A stretch of 64,000 bases of DNA from an uncultured bacterium (GTDB lineage: Bacteria > Hydrothermota > Hydrothermia > LBFQ01), in NCBI GenBank assembly GCA_964473735.1, contig CAYYQD010000002.1:4966-68965 (forward strand). Reading direction: 5' to 3'. Made by a program: the position numbers and the translations under genes. The notes below the pieces were generated by a model, which saw only the letters and a program-made list of their open reading frames with translations, ran no database searches and had not been told where the DNA came from. Every line of letters begins with the position of its first letter. The first letter of the stretch is position 1. This document shows positions 38,692 to 48,990 of the stretch, in pieces.

Positions 38692-40908
38692 CTACTTCAC
38701 CTCAACGTCGTACTCCATCCTGTAGAGAAGCTGCAACCCTTCCGGTACGATGGACTTAAGGTCAAGTTTGAGGGATGCCCCCTTCCCCATAATGCTCTTG
38801 AGCCTCTGGAAGGTGCCCTTGGGCCGGGGATACACTACGACCTCGTACTCCTTAACCCCGGACATCTTCGCCGCCAGCTCCACGGCGTCCGTGAGGCCGC
38901 CGAAACCGTCTGCCAGCCCTATGTTTACGGCGTCGTATCCGGCCCACACCCTTCCTCCGCCTATGGATCTCACGGAGTCCTCGGGCAGTCCCCTACCCTT
39001 TGATACCACGGAGACGAACCTGCCGTATGTGGCCTCTATGAGGCTGCGGACCCTTAAGATCTCCGTTGAGTCCATCTCCCTCCAGAGGGACCAGACGTCG
39101 CTGAAGGTATAGGTCTTCACCACGTCCCTGTTCAGGTGGAGTTTGTTTCTGTAAAAGTTCCGCAGGACGAACTTGGCCCCTATCACCCCTATGGAGCCGG
39201 TTACGGTGGTACGATCCACCAGGATGGTGTCTGCCAAGGCGGATATGTAATAACCTCCGGAGGCTGCCACCCGCCCCATGGAGACGACCACCACCTTCTC
39301 TTTGGCCAGCCTCTCCACGGCGTGGGCTATGTTGTCCGAGGCTAAGGCGCTCCCGCCGGGGGAGTTGACCCTTAACACCACAGCCTTAACGCTCTTATCC
39401 TTACGGAGTTTGTCCAGTATCCTGACAATCGTCCTGTCGCCAACGTTCTTACCGCCGACGAGGGGTAAGAAACCGTACGAGCTCTCACCGACCACTATTC
39501 CCCCCTCGGCTACGACAACGGCGACCTTAGGCTTCTCGTCCTTCCACTCCCTCTTCTGGACTTCAACCAGCCTGACCCTGCGACCCTTCTCCTTGAGAAG
39601 TGCTTTCCACTGATCCGGGTAGAGTAGGCTATCCACCAGACCGAGCTTAACCGCCTCCTCCGGGAGGAAGGTCCCCATGTGCGACTTCACCAGACCGTTC
39701 AGGGAGTCGGCGTCCATCTTCCTGCCTTCGGCGACGTCCTTCAGCCACACGCCCCATATAACCTCAAGGAGGCGGCTGTACTGCTCCCTGTTGGGTTCCG
39801 ACATCGTGTCCCTTACGAAGGGTTCAAGGGCGGACTTGTATTTGCCCATACGGAACTCCTGAACCTCTATCCCTAAGGAGTCAAAGGTCCTCTTGAAGAA
39901 GGTCAGCTCGGCAGACAGACCGGGGAGGGAGAGCATGCCCTCGGGCACGAGATAGACCTTACCGACAGAGGCCACGTAATATGAGGCCGTACCGTAGGAA
40001 TCGCTGAAGGATATCACCTCCTTCCCCTTATCTTTAGCCCTCTTGAGTAGGCTCCTGAGCTCCTCCGCCTGCGCCATGGATAGGCCGAAGTCCCTCATAT
40101 CAAGGGCTATGACCTTCACGTTGGGGGACTCAACGGCCTTTTTCACCTCACTTATGAAGTCGTAGAACTTCTTACCGCTACTGAACGGGCCCGTCCTCCC
40201 GTCCTCCGTGTAGGACCTGACCCTCACCTCGTACCTGCCCTTCTTGATGGAGGGGGTGAAGTACTCCTTAGATAAGAGCAGTCCGAAGGACTTAGCCCCC
40301 CCGGATAGGATACCGCCCACCCTGAGCTTGCTGAAGGAAAGCTCTACCCCGGCAGACAACGTGAAATTTCGTGAGTCGCTGGAGTAGGCCTCAACCCTGA
40401 ACCCGGCGTAGGGAAAGGGCTGGACGAAGAATCCGAAGACCGGAGAGACCCCAAGGAAGGCGTTGGGATCCGTCCCTTTAAGGTCCAGCCTGTAGTACCG
40501 GGTTCCGAAGTAGGCGGTCAGGTAGTCTTTGTACGGGCGTATCCCTACCCCCACGTCCGTACTCCCGGCCCCGCCGTTGTCCCCGTTCAGAACGGCTCCC
40601 ACGGATAGGAACCGGAAGGGCCTGATAAGGAGACCGGCGCGCCATAGGTTGTTGAGGGGGTCGTAGTCCATACCCAGAGCCACTGGTCCCCCCCTGAACC
40701 CCGAGGACAGCAGGAGGTACTGCCCCCCCGGGGATAGGCGACCGTACCCGACCCCGAATCCGGCGAAGGCGAGGTTAAGGCCGTAAGATCCGTCGCCGTA
40801 GTAAAGCAGGAGCTCCCTGCCGCCGTACCCGAGACCGGCGGGGTTATTTACGGAGTTGGCACCGTAAGATAGGGCTACCGATGAGAGTTCAAAGAAAGGG
40901 TAAAGCAT
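38692..40908 (-). CDS. sppA: Signal peptide peptidase SppA (67K type) with an N-terminal Gly/Tyr-rich extension
   Basis: Two ClpP/crotonase-like SppA repeats are present, including ...VSMGRVAASGGYYISALADTILV...GSIGV. The N-terminal ~220 aa are beta-rich. Confidence 0.7.
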   Translation of the reverse strand: MLYPFFELSSVALSYGANSVNNPAGLGYGGRELLLYYGDGSYGLNLAFAGFGVGYGRLSPGGQYLLLSSGFRGGPVALGMDYDPLNNLWRAGLLIRPFRFLSVGAVLNGDNGGAGSTDVGVGIRPYKDYLTAYFGTRYYRLDLKGTDPNAFLGVSPVFGFFVQPFPYAGFRVEAYSSDSRNFTLSAGVELSFSKLRVGGILSGGAKSFGLLLSKEYFTPSIKKGRYEVRVRSYTEDGRTGPFSSGKKFYDFISEVKKAVESPNVKVIALDMRDFGLSMAQAEELRSLLKRAKDKGKEVISFSDSYGTASYYVASVGKVYLVPEGMLSLPGLSAELTFFKRTFDSLGIEVQEFRMGKYKSALEPFVRDTMSEPNREQYSRLLEVIWGVWLKDVAEGRKMDADSLNGLVKSHMGTFLPEEAVKLGLVDSLLYPDQWKALLKEKGRRVRLVEVQKREWKDEKPKVAVVVAEGGIVVGESSYGFLPLVGGKNVGDRTIVRILDKLRKDKSVKAVVLRVNSPGGSALASDNIAHAVERLAKEKVVVVSMGRVAASGGYYISALADTILVDRTTVTGSIGVIGAKFVLRNFYRNKLHLNRDVVKTYTFSDVWSLWREMDSTEILRVRSLIEATYGRFVSVVSKGRGLPEDSVRSIGGGRVWAGYDAVNIGLADGFGGLTDAVELAAKMSGVKEYEVVVYPRPKGTFQRLKSIMGKGASLKLDLKSIVPEGLQLLYRMEYDVEVK

Positions 40909-40930
40909 AGGGCGGAAATTATACCGCCGC

Positions 40931-41803
40931 TTACCTGCGTAGAAGCCCCTTTATCCAACCCTTTGCCCTCTCCCAAAATCCCTTATGCGTCTCTCTGTAC
41001 CTTTCCAGAGCCCGAACGGCCTGAACGTACCCCGCCTCTATGAGCTCTCTGGTGCGCGAGAAGTCAAAGATAGATACGTTGTAAGGTGGGTCAAGGGGTA
41101 CGTACAGGGTATCCACCCTGTGCTCCTCCACGAAGTGTTCCTGCTCCCGTATCTTAGACTCAAGGAGCAGCCCTATGGACCTTGAGAGGACACCGTACAT
41201 GTTATACACCTCGTCGTCAAAGGACCTGCCCCCGCGGATGTGGAGGGCGACGGCACTCTTCGCCCCCCTCTCAACGGCTATGCTGTAGGGAATGTTACTG
41301 TAGAACCCTCCGTCTATGAGGACCATACCCTTGTACTTCCACGGTGGAAAGTAGGGAGGAAGGGCGGTTGAGGCCATTATGGCATCTACAACCGGGTCTA
41401 AGGGGTCATCACCGAATACGTACACCTGATTGCTCCTTATATCCACGGCAGGTATGTACGTGGGTAGCTTCAGCTCTCCGAACTTCTTAACGGGTACTGT
41501 GCGCACTATAAAACGGTAAAAAGCCTCGTTTGAGAACAGACTGGTACGGTTCCTCAGCAGGCGAAAGAGGGCCCCGATCCGTCCCTCCGGTACCACGTCC
41601 TCCCTCCTCATCCTCAACCATATCTCCTCCAGCTCCTTCACCCCTTCAAGGGTGGGTTTGTGAGCGAAATATACGCCGTTCACCGAGCCTATTGACACCC
41701 CCACGACCATATCAAAGGTAAAACCCCTCTCAAGTAGAGCCTTGAGCGCTCCCACCTGCATACTCCCCCGCGTTGAACCCCCACTGAGTATCAGAGCCCT
41801 CAT
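40931..41803 (-). CDS. Patatin-like phospholipase
   Basis: Motifs are GGSTRGSMQVG (oxyanion), GVSIG (GxSxG) and the catalytic Asp in LIDGGF. Confidence 0.7.
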   Translation of the reverse strand: MRALILSGGSTRGSMQVGALKALLERGFTFDMVVGVSIGSVNGVYFAHKPTLEGVKELEEIWLRMRREDVVPEGRIGALFRLLRNRTSLFSNEAFYRFIVRTVPVKKFGELKLPTYIPAVDIRSNQVYVFGDDPLDPVVDAIMASTALPPYFPPWKYKGMVLIDGGFYSNIPYSIAVERGAKSAVALHIRGGRSFDDEVYNMYGVLSRSIGLLLESKIREQEHFVEEHRVDTLYVPLDPPYNVSIFDFSRTRELIEAGYVQAVRALERYRETHKGFWERAKGWIKGLLRR

Positions 41804-41873
41804 CGGGAAGTATTCTAAGGAAGGAAACGTGTGGAAACCTGTTGCCTTCTTCAGACACTAAAGGCGGGTTGGG

Positions 41874-43355
41874 TTATCGTGATCTTAAAGCACAACCGCA
41901 CTCCACCCGATAGAGGGAACGCTCAGGTCCGGCTAAGAGGGAACATCCCACCTTCTCCAGAGCGTGGGCGTAGTCTCTACCTACGGTTATCACTTCCAGA
42001 CCCGGAGGTGGATTGGCCCCCTGCAACAGGAGTTTGTTCTTACGCGAGGGGTACTCACCCCCATCACACAGATAACTTTTGACAGCGGAGGCGGAGAAGT
42101 AGTATATCGGATAAACCCTGCGTCCCGGAAACAACCCCTCCCCCAGAATATAGTAAAGCGTGCGCTGTCTGGCCTGATAGGAGTTCTGACCGATTAGGGC
42201 TACGTCGTGTAGGGAACGAAGGGCCCTTCTGATTTCCCTCTCTCTACGCTCCGCGTTTCTGTTGTGGCGGGTTACCCTGTGCGCGTTCAGAAACACCTGG
42301 GCGAATCCGATAAGAAGGAGGAGGTTGATAAGGGCCGGCCACCTACCACTGATCTCCTCAAGGGATACGGATGCTATCAGAAAGGCGAACGGTACGGCCA
42401 CTATGAAGTAGTCCCTTATATCGTTTATGTGGTAAAGCGTTCCAATGAGGAGCAGCAGAGCCATAGAAAGGGAAAGGGCGTGAATATCCCTCCGTTTGAC
42501 CTTGAAGAGTGCGTACAGTACAAAGGGCAGAAGCAATGAAGTTTCCTTAAGCAGATACTCCAGAGCCTTCCTGAACCAGAGGACATTTCTACCGAGATTC
42601 CAGAAGTCCATGTTGTGGATAAAACGCTCCCCTCTGATAACGCCCAATAGGTCTATCAGGTTGTGGGCTCTACTCTCCAGATAGAGCGAGCCGGACCACC
42701 CGGTCAGGAATATAACGAGGGTGTAAGGCACGTAGGCCAGAAGGGTTAGAAACAGCATCAGGATGCCCTTTCTCATATCGGGAAGTCCGTGCAGGGCAAA
42801 ATATACCGGGATGAATACTATGCCAAGGGGATGGTGTGAGACGGCTAACGATAGGAGAAACCAGGATAGAAGTGCGTGCTTTTTCACAACCGAAAGGTAA
42901 ATCCCCGATACCCCCAGAAATACGAGGAAAATATACACCTCGGCCGTCGTCGCGTACCTAATAAACAGGGGGGAGCCCCCGGCGATGAGGGTAAGTGGTA
43001 GAAGTACTCTATCCGAAGCCCCTAACTTCCTCCCTACGGAGTACAACATCGTAAGTGTGGCCAGGGATAGGAACACCTGCAATAGGTTCGCTTTGAAGGC
43101 CGCCGTACCGAGAGGGCATACCTTCCCCCAGATGTGGAGCAGAACTATGTAGAGGGGATAGCCGGGATTGTGGGCGGTTCCCCAGACTTTCAGGAGGAAC
43201 TGAAATTTACTCGTATCGCCGCTCCATACGGGATAGGGAGAGACGAGGAAGAGGTAGAGAAGAAGCAGGAATACGAAAAACAGAAGAACCAACCGTTTGT
43301 ACATTCCGACGCGATATTCTAAGGTGAGCGTACTTTTTTGGGTAATTATGGACAT
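41874..43355 (-). CDS. Polytopic membrane protein, DUF2723/GT39(PMT)-like putative glycosyltransferase
   Basis: There are at least 10 predicted TM helices and a motif like TAHNPGYPLY. The family call is from memory. Confidence 0.45.
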   Translation of the reverse strand: MSIITQKSTLTLEYRVGMYKRLVLLFFVFLLLLYLFLVSPYPVWSGDTSKFQFLLKVWGTAHNPGYPLYIVLLHIWGKVCPLGTAAFKANLLQVFLSLATLTMLYSVGRKLGASDRVLLPLTLIAGGSPLFIRYATTAEVYIFLVFLGVSGIYLSVVKKHALLSWFLLSLAVSHHPLGIVFIPVYFALHGLPDMRKGILMLFLTLLAYVPYTLVIFLTGWSGSLYLESRAHNLIDLLGVIRGERFIHNMDFWNLGRNVLWFRKALEYLLKETSLLLPFVLYALFKVKRRDIHALSLSMALLLLIGTLYHINDIRDYFIVAVPFAFLIASVSLEEISGRWPALINLLLLIGFAQVFLNAHRVTRHNRNAERREREIRRALRSLHDVALIGQNSYQARQRTLYYILGEGLFPGRRVYPIYYFSASAVKSYLCDGGEYPSRKNKLLLQGANPPPGLEVITVGRDYAHALEKVGCSLLAGPERSLYRVECGCALRSR

Positions 43356-43467
43356 TATCCTTTACGGTGCCGATATTTTATCGTCCCACGGTAGTGGCCC
43401 GGATTCCCGTCTGGACGTCCTCCAAATCACCCACCGTTCCGCTCGGCTACCTTAAAATATCCTTCGG

Positions 43468-43902
43468 ATGTTGCGTTTTCTATTGTCCGTTTTAGTGCTG
43501 GGGGTACTCCTTCCCGGATGTAGGGTGGAGGATACGAACGGAGGGGGAGGGAACGGCAACCTCGTGAGTGTGGACCTCTTCCACGGCTACTACGACGTTG
43601 GACCCGGATACTACTTCCGTCTGAAGTTCTCCGCCCGCTCCGGAGATACCCTGCACTTTGAGGCCCGGGTAAGGAACGGGGACGGGGACATAAGCTACGC
43701 CTTCTGGACGGACAGCGTAAATTTCGTCAGGTGGCTGAACGACGACTCCACGGCCGTCCTCCACGGCTACGTTGAGGGGGTGAGCACCGTTTCCTACTCC
43801 CCCGCCCTTGACTCCAGCGTCTATTACGTTGTGCTCGGCAACTCCTCCGCCATTACCACCAAGCGCTTCTGGATAAGGGCCTACCTGAGGGGGTTGAGAT
43901 GA
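43468..43902 (+). CDS. Hypothetical lipoprotein
   Basis: Lipobox LLPGCR; 144 aa. Confidence 0.4.
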   Translation: MLRFLLSVLVLGVLLPGCRVEDTNGGGGNGNLVSVDLFHGYYDVGPGYYFRLKFSARSGDTLHFEARVRNGDGDISYAFWTDSVNFVRWLNDDSTAVLHGYVEGVSTVSYSPALDSSVYYVVLGNSSAITTKRFWIRAYLRGLR

Positions 43903-45356
43903 TAACGCTCCTATCCTTCTTCAGGCCGGAGATACCCGCAGAGGTTCCCCGATGGAGGGTCGGAGAGGTCTTACGGGAGATAAAGAGAGAGAGTCGGCCC
44001 TCTCCGTACGGATGGTACCTTAAAGTGAAGGACTCCCCGTCCTACTGGAAGGCCTGGGACGGAAAGAGGATAGTCGTCAGGCTTAAGGACGGTCATACGC
44101 CCGAGGAGGTGTTAGGTGGCCTGCCCTACAGAAAGGCTAAGAATACGCCATCCTACGTCATAACCCTCCCCGATGGCAAACGCGACCTATCCTACGTTAA
44201 AGCCCTCCTGAACTCTTTGAACTCACACCCCGGTGTCCTCTTCGCCGAACCGATGCTCCTGTACAGAACCGACTACTGGCCGAACGACCCCATGCTGGGA
44301 ACCTACCTGTGGGGGATGTGGGCCATATACGCCGACCGGGCCTGGGACATAACCCGTGGGAACTCCGCGGTTAAGGTGTGCGTCGTGGATGAGGGTATGG
44401 ATTACAACCACGAGGACATCAGCGGGAACTACGCCGGAGGGTACGACTTCGTTGAACTGGACTCGGACCCCTACCCCGCCGACGCCTCGGAGATGCACGG
44501 CACCCACGTGGCCGGTACCATAGCCGCCGTTATGAACAACGGCAAGGGGGTAGTGGGTGTGGCACAGGTGGGAATACTCTCCTGTAGGGCCATGGCGGGT
44601 GGGTCCGGAACGAGCGAGGACATAGCCTCCTGCATAAGGTGGTGTGTCTCACAGGGGGCCCGGGTTATAAACATGAGCCTGGGGGCCTCCGCCCCCGCCT
44701 CCGAGATACAGGACGCCGTCATATACGCTACGGACAGTACCGACAGGGGTACAGTTGTGGTGGCCGCCTCCGGAAACGACGGCATAAACGGGGTGCTTTA
44801 CCCCGCTGCCTACCCGCAGGTAATAGCGGTCGGGGCCATAGATACCTTAGGTCAGAGGGCCTACTTCAGCAACTACGGTCCGGAGCTGGAGCTGGTGGCT
44901 CCCGGGAACCTGATAGCCTCCACCGTACCCTTCAACAACGCCTACGCCTACGCCGACGGTACCTCCATGGCCACCCCCCACGTCTCCGGGGTCGCGGCCC
45001 TGATACTCTCCCGGAACCCCAACCTCTCCGCCGACACCGTGAGGGCCATACTGGACGCCACGGCCATAGACATGGGGGAGTACGGTAAGGATTACTTCTA
45101 CGGGTACGGCCTCGTGAACGCCTACCTGGCCCTCCTCGCCACCCCTACACCCACCGCCGGTCCTACCCTTACCGGGGCCGTTGATGTGGAGGTCTCCGGA
45201 CGCACGGTCAGGGCCAGCACGGATCGCGGCTCCGTATCCCTGTACTCATCGGGCGGCAGGCTTCTGGCCCGTGGTAGGTCCATCGTCTTGGAAGTCGGCT
45301 CCGGAGTGTATTTCCTGACCGCTAACGGGAAGACCTACAGCCTAATCGTGAGGTGA
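43899..45356 (+). CDS. Subtilisin-like serine peptidase (S8) with a T9SS-type C-terminal domain
   Basis: The catalytic triad motifs are VVDEGMD, HGTHVAGT and GTSMATPHVSG. The C-terminal ~70 aa are paralogous to the CTD of the 24617-25603 protein (VSLYSSGGRLLARGR...GVYFLTANGKTYSLIVR). Confidence 0.8.
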   Translation: MITLLSFFRPEIPAEVPRWRVGEVLREIKRESRPSPYGWYLKVKDSPSYWKAWDGKRIVVRLKDGHTPEEVLGGLPYRKAKNTPSYVITLPDGKRDLSYVKALLNSLNSHPGVLFAEPMLLYRTDYWPNDPMLGTYLWGMWAIYADRAWDITRGNSAVKVCVVDEGMDYNHEDISGNYAGGYDFVELDSDPYPADASEMHGTHVAGTIAAVMNNGKGVVGVAQVGILSCRAMAGGSGTSEDIASCIRWCVSQGARVINMSLGASAPASEIQDAVIYATDSTDRGTVVVAASGNDGINGVLYPAAYPQVIAVGAIDTLGQRAYFSNYGPELELVAPGNLIASTVPFNNAYAYADGTSMATPHVSGVAALILSRNPNLSADTVRAILDATAIDMGEYGKDYFYGYGLVNAYLALLATPTPTAGPTLTGAVDVEVSGRTVRASTDRGSVSLYSSGGRLLARGRSIVLEVGSGVYFLTANGKTYSLIVR

Positions 45357-45359
45357 CCT

Positions 45360-45866
45360 ATGCTCCACCTTCTGTACGCGGGGATCTTTGACGACATAAA
45401 GCGCATTTACGACACCCTCCGTACCTTCCGGGCCGACGTAGTGCAGGAGGTGAAGTTCGGAAACGTGGTCGTCTATAGGGGGAGCGTTTATCTTAAGAAG
45501 CCGGACCTGTTCCGATGGGAGCTGAACGATCCGGAGGAGTACATCATCGTGGCCCGGGGAGACAGCTCGTGGGTGAAGTATCAGGGGGAGATATACTCCC
45601 AGCCCGTCCCCTACGACCTCAAGTCCCTCCTCATGGGGGACTACTCCGCCCTGCACGTTGAGGAGAGGAGGAGGGGAAGGAGGATCATCCTGAAGATAAC
45701 GAGCGACAGGGTAGGGTACGACTCCCTGCTGGTCTATCTCCGTAGGGACCTGCTTCCGGAGAGGATAGAGGCCTTCAGCGATGAGGACTACGTGAAGATA
45801 ACCCTGAAGAACGTCGCCGTCAACGTTGAGGTACCGGACAGCCTGTTCAGGTTGAGCGTTCCCTAA
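45360..45866 (+). CDS. LolA-like domain protein (no signal peptide detected)
   Basis: The LolA-like block is FRADVVQEVKFGNVVVYRGSVYLKKPDLFRWELNDPEEYIIVARGDSSWVKY. There is no in-frame N-terminal extension, because the S8 stop sits 3 nt upstream. Confidence 0.45.
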   Translation: MLHLLYAGIFDDIKRIYDTLRTFRADVVQEVKFGNVVVYRGSVYLKKPDLFRWELNDPEEYIIVARGDSSWVKYQGEIYSQPVPYDLKSLLMGDYSALHVEERRRGRRIILKITSDRVGYDSLLVYLRRDLLPERIEAFSDEDYVKITLKNVAVNVEVPDSLFRLSVP

Positions 45867-45891
45867 CTTTCCCCCTTAAACTCCCCTCTCC

Positions 45892-46752
45892 ATGAACAGA
45901 TTCACAGTGGTGGTGGTGGCCATAGTATCGCTGGCCGCCGGAGTATTCGTAGGTTCCCTCGGGCTCATGTACCTGACCCGGGGTAAAGGCTCAAAGGAGG
46001 AGGTCGCGCGGACGACCGGTAAGACCAAGATAGACACCCTTGAGGTTATCGGGGACGTAGTGATAGCGAAGGAGGACCTGAACGCGGCCTCCAAGATCCC
46101 CGGACTTACCCCGGAGCAGGACCTGAAGAAGGCCCTTGAGAAGATAGCCCTATTCTACAACGCTGCCAAGGAGAAGGGGATAACCTCTGACCCTCAGGCC
46201 AAACGCATGGCCTACTGGGCGGACAAGAGCGTGTACGCCGACCTGTTTTATCAGAAGTACGTCGTTCCCCTCATAAACGTGGATACGAACGCCGTGAACG
46301 ACTACATAAACGCCCACAAGGACGAGTTCTCCAAGGAGATAGCCATGCTCATGGTGGTCTATAAGGACCCAGCTCTGACGGATACCCTCCGGAAGCTACT
46401 CAAGGACGGCAGCTACGCCGCTAACCTCATGCTGGAGGAGTTCGCCAAGAAGGGGAAGATAGGGGTACAACCCTCCCCTTACCAGAACTTGGGGCTCGGG
46501 AGGTTCGCCATGAACGAGGAGGAGTTCAAGACCCTGAAGGAAGCCAGGGTGGGAGATGTCGTGGGCCCGTTTCAGGTGGCTCCGGGTACGTACGCCCTCG
46601 CCAAGGTCGTGGATATACGTCGTACCAACCTGAAGAAGATAGATCCCAACGTGAAGGGCGTGGTGTATCAGTACCTGATTGATCAGCGCAAGAGGGAGGT
46701 TGAGGACTCCCTGATTAAGGTGTTTGAAAGGAAGTACGCGGGAGGTAAGTGA
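45892..46752 (+). CDS. SurA N-terminal-domain-like periplasmic chaperone (membrane-anchored)
   Basis: It has an N-terminal TM helix and a helical chaperone-like domain. It is adjacent to and co-oriented with the SurA-like PPIase. Confidence 0.45.
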   Translation: MNRFTVVVVAIVSLAAGVFVGSLGLMYLTRGKGSKEEVARTTGKTKIDTLEVIGDVVIAKEDLNAASKIPGLTPEQDLKKALEKIALFYNAAKEKGITSDPQAKRMAYWADKSVYADLFYQKYVVPLINVDTNAVNDYINAHKDEFSKEIAMLMVVYKDPALTDTLRKLLKDGSYAANLMLEEFAKKGKIGVQPSPYQNLGLGRFAMNEEEFKTLKEARVGDVVGPFQVAPGTYALAKVVDIRRTNLKKIDPNVKGVVYQYLIDQRKREVEDSLIKVFERKYAGGK

Positions 46753-47981
46753 TGCTTTTACTGTTGGCCGTGCAGCTGGATACCCTGGATAGGGTGGCGG
46801 CGGTGGTGGATGACAGGGCCATCTGGATGTCCGACGTGGACGAGAGGGCCTTACTTTACGCTTCCACCTACGGGATACCCCCGGACCAGCTTCCATCCCT
46901 CCGCAGGGAGGTACTCCAGCAGATGGTTAATACCGAGCTCCTGTACCTGAAGATAAGGGAGGACACCTTAATCCACGTGAGCGAGGACGAGGTGGAGAGG
47001 GCAATAGACATGCAGATACAACAGATAAAGGGGAACCTAAGCGATGAGGAGTTTGAGAGGAAGCTCAAGGAGGCCGGTTTTACCCTTGAGGCCTACCGAC
47101 GGTACCTGAGGGACGACATCCGCAAGACCCTCTACATTCAGAAGTACGTAGAGATGAGGATAAAACCCCGGGTGAAGGTAAGCGACGAGGAGGTGGATAA
47201 GGCCTACGAAAAGCTGGCCGACTCCCTGGCCACGCCCCCGGAGTTCAAACTCGCCGTCATAACCTTGATGGTAAAACCTTCGGCCTCCGCAGAGCAGGAG
47301 TACTACAACAGGGCAAAGAACATCTACAGACAGCTCAAGAGGGGAGCCGGATGGGAGGAGATGGTTCAGAAGTACTCCGACGACAGGGAGAGCGCTCGCA
47401 TAGGAGGGGACTTAGGCATAGTACCCAAGAACGCCCTGCCACCCAACTTCGTTAAGGAGATAGAGAAGACCCCCGAGGGTGGCTATACCAAACCTTTGAG
47501 GGGGCCTCAGGGGTACCACATCTTCTACGTTAAGGGGAAGAGGGAGGACGCCTTCCTATTGGCACACATCTTAGTTAAGGTAAGCCCCTCCGAGGCGGAC
47601 GTCAAACGTGTGATGAGAAAGGCTAAGGGTATAGTGAAGAAGATCAAAGCCGGGTACTCCTTCGCGAAGCTGGCTCGGAGGTACTCCGACGACCCAGTGT
47701 CCAGACAGAACGGTGGGGAGATCGGATGGGTGAGCGCCCGCGCCCTACCACCGGACATAGTTGAGAAGCTCAAGGGGGCCAAACCCGGCGAGGTGGTGGG
47801 TCCCATACCCACGCCCGATGGCACCATGATAAACATCTTCAAGGTGTTAGACGTGCATGAGGGCCAGAGACCCACGAGAGCACAGGTTAAACAGATACTC
47901 CTGCAGCGCAAGATAGAGGAGGAGCTGAACAAGCTGGTGGAAGAGGCTAAAAAGGAGTACTACGTGAAGGTCTATATCTGA
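46749..47981 (+). CDS. surA: SurA-like peptidyl-prolyl cis-trans isomerase with two parvulin domains
   Basis: Two PpiC-type blocks are present (ARIGGDLGIVPKNALPPNF and SRQNGGEIGWVSARALPPDIV). The start overlaps the upstream gene by ATGA. Confidence 0.65.
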   Translation: MMLLLLAVQLDTLDRVAAVVDDRAIWMSDVDERALLYASTYGIPPDQLPSLRREVLQQMVNTELLYLKIREDTLIHVSEDEVERAIDMQIQQIKGNLSDEEFERKLKEAGFTLEAYRRYLRDDIRKTLYIQKYVEMRIKPRVKVSDEEVDKAYEKLADSLATPPEFKLAVITLMVKPSASAEQEYYNRAKNIYRQLKRGAGWEEMVQKYSDDRESARIGGDLGIVPKNALPPNFVKEIEKTPEGGYTKPLRGPQGYHIFYVKGKREDAFLLAHILVKVSPSEADVKRVMRKAKGIVKKIKAGYSFAKLARRYSDDPVSRQNGGEIGWVSARALPPDIVEKLKGAKPGEVVGPIPTPDGTMINIFKVLDVHEGQRPTRAQVKQILLQRKIEEELNKLVEEAKKEYYVKVYI

Positions 47982-47996
47982 TTGACTTCCGGGTGT

Positions 47997-48030
47997 AAAA
48001 AAAGGGGGGCGTACGCCCCCCTATTTCTGT
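47997..48030. terminator. Bidirectional rho-independent terminator between surA-like and porB
   Basis: The sequence is aaaaaaa-GGGGGGCGTACGCCCCCC-tatttctgt, a perfect 8-bp GC stem flanked by A-tracts and T-tracts. Confidence 0.75.
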
Positions 48031-48042
48031 GTAGCACCGTCC

Positions 48043-48990
48043 CTATATGGTGCTGCGCACCGTCCTTCTCGCCTCCTCGGGCAGGTAGCCGTGCGTGGCC
48101 TCGTGCTTTCTCACCAGACTCTCCCACTGGTGCTCAACGAACCTCTGCACGTACGAGAGCCTCTCGGGGTCCTTGAGAACGGGCCTGAACCTCCCCTGGA
48201 GCTTGAAGTACTCCTCAACCGGAAGGCCCTTAGGCCAGTGGGTTATGGTGTAAAGCTCTCCGTCCTCTATCTCGTAGAGGGGGAAGATCTTGGTCTCAAC
48301 GGCAAGACGGGCTATCCTGACCGAAAGGTGTGAGGCCATCTTCCACCCCGGAGGGCACGGTGAGAAGACGTGTATGAAGCGGAACCCCTTTATCTGGGAG
48401 GCCTTCTTCAGCTTGCTGATGAAGTCGTCCGGGAAGGCTATGCTGGCCGTGGCGGCGTAGGGTACCCTGTGAGCCGCCAGTATCTCCATCATGTTCTTCT
48501 TGGGCCTGTCCTCCGGCCTCTCGTCCGGCGTGGTGGTGGTCCATGCACCTACGGGCGTTGAGGAGGACCTCTGTATTCCCGTGTTCATGTAAGCCTCGTT
48601 GTCGTAGGTGACGTATATTATGTTCTCGTTCCTCTCGGCGGCTCCGGAGAGGGCCTGAAGACCTATGTCAAAGGTACCCCCGTCACCGGCCCACGCTACG
48701 ACGTTGACGTCGTGCATTCCCTTCATGTCAAGGGCGGCCCTTATACCGGTAGCGGCTATGGCCGCCGTCTCAAAGGCCGTGTGGAATACGGGTATCTGAA
48801 GGGCGTGCTGGGGCCATGCCCCGTCTATCACGCTCCAGCAGGATGCCGGTATCACGAATACCGTCTTAGGCCCTAAGGCCTTAAGCGCCAGACGTGCGGC
48901 TATGGTGGCACCGCACCCCTGACACGCCAAATGACCCGAATAGAGCAGGTCGTTCTCGTTGGGTTTTACCTCTACCCATGCCCAGCTCAT
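48043..48990 (-). CDS. porB: Pyruvate:ferredoxin oxidoreductase beta subunit (TPP-binding)
   Basis: The TPP motif is GDGGTFDIG...NEAYMNTG. The N-terminal Cys residues are CQGCG and the length is 315 aa. Confidence 0.85.
   Translation of the reverse strand: MSWAWVEVKPNENDLLYSGHLACQGCGATIAARLALKALGPKTVFVIPASCWSVIDGAWPQHALQIPVFHTAFETAAIAATGIRAALDMKGMHDVNVVAWAGDGGTFDIGLQALSGAAERNENIIYVTYDNEAYMNTGIQRSSSTPVGAWTTTTPDERPEDRPKKNMMEILAAHRVPYAATASIAFPDDFISKLKKASQIKGFRFIHVFSPCPPGWKMASHLSVRIARLAVETKIFPLYEIEDGELYTITHWPKGLPVEEYFKLQGRFRPVLKDPERLSYVQRFVEHQWESLVRKHEATHGYLPEEARRTVRSTI

Noticed and set aside
44639-45088. 149-aa plus-strand alternate-frame ORF within the S8 peptidase gene, and minus-strand ORFs 44223-44507 and 44471-44785
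   Set aside because: They overlap the catalytic-triad-containing frame and their composition is shadow-ORF-like.
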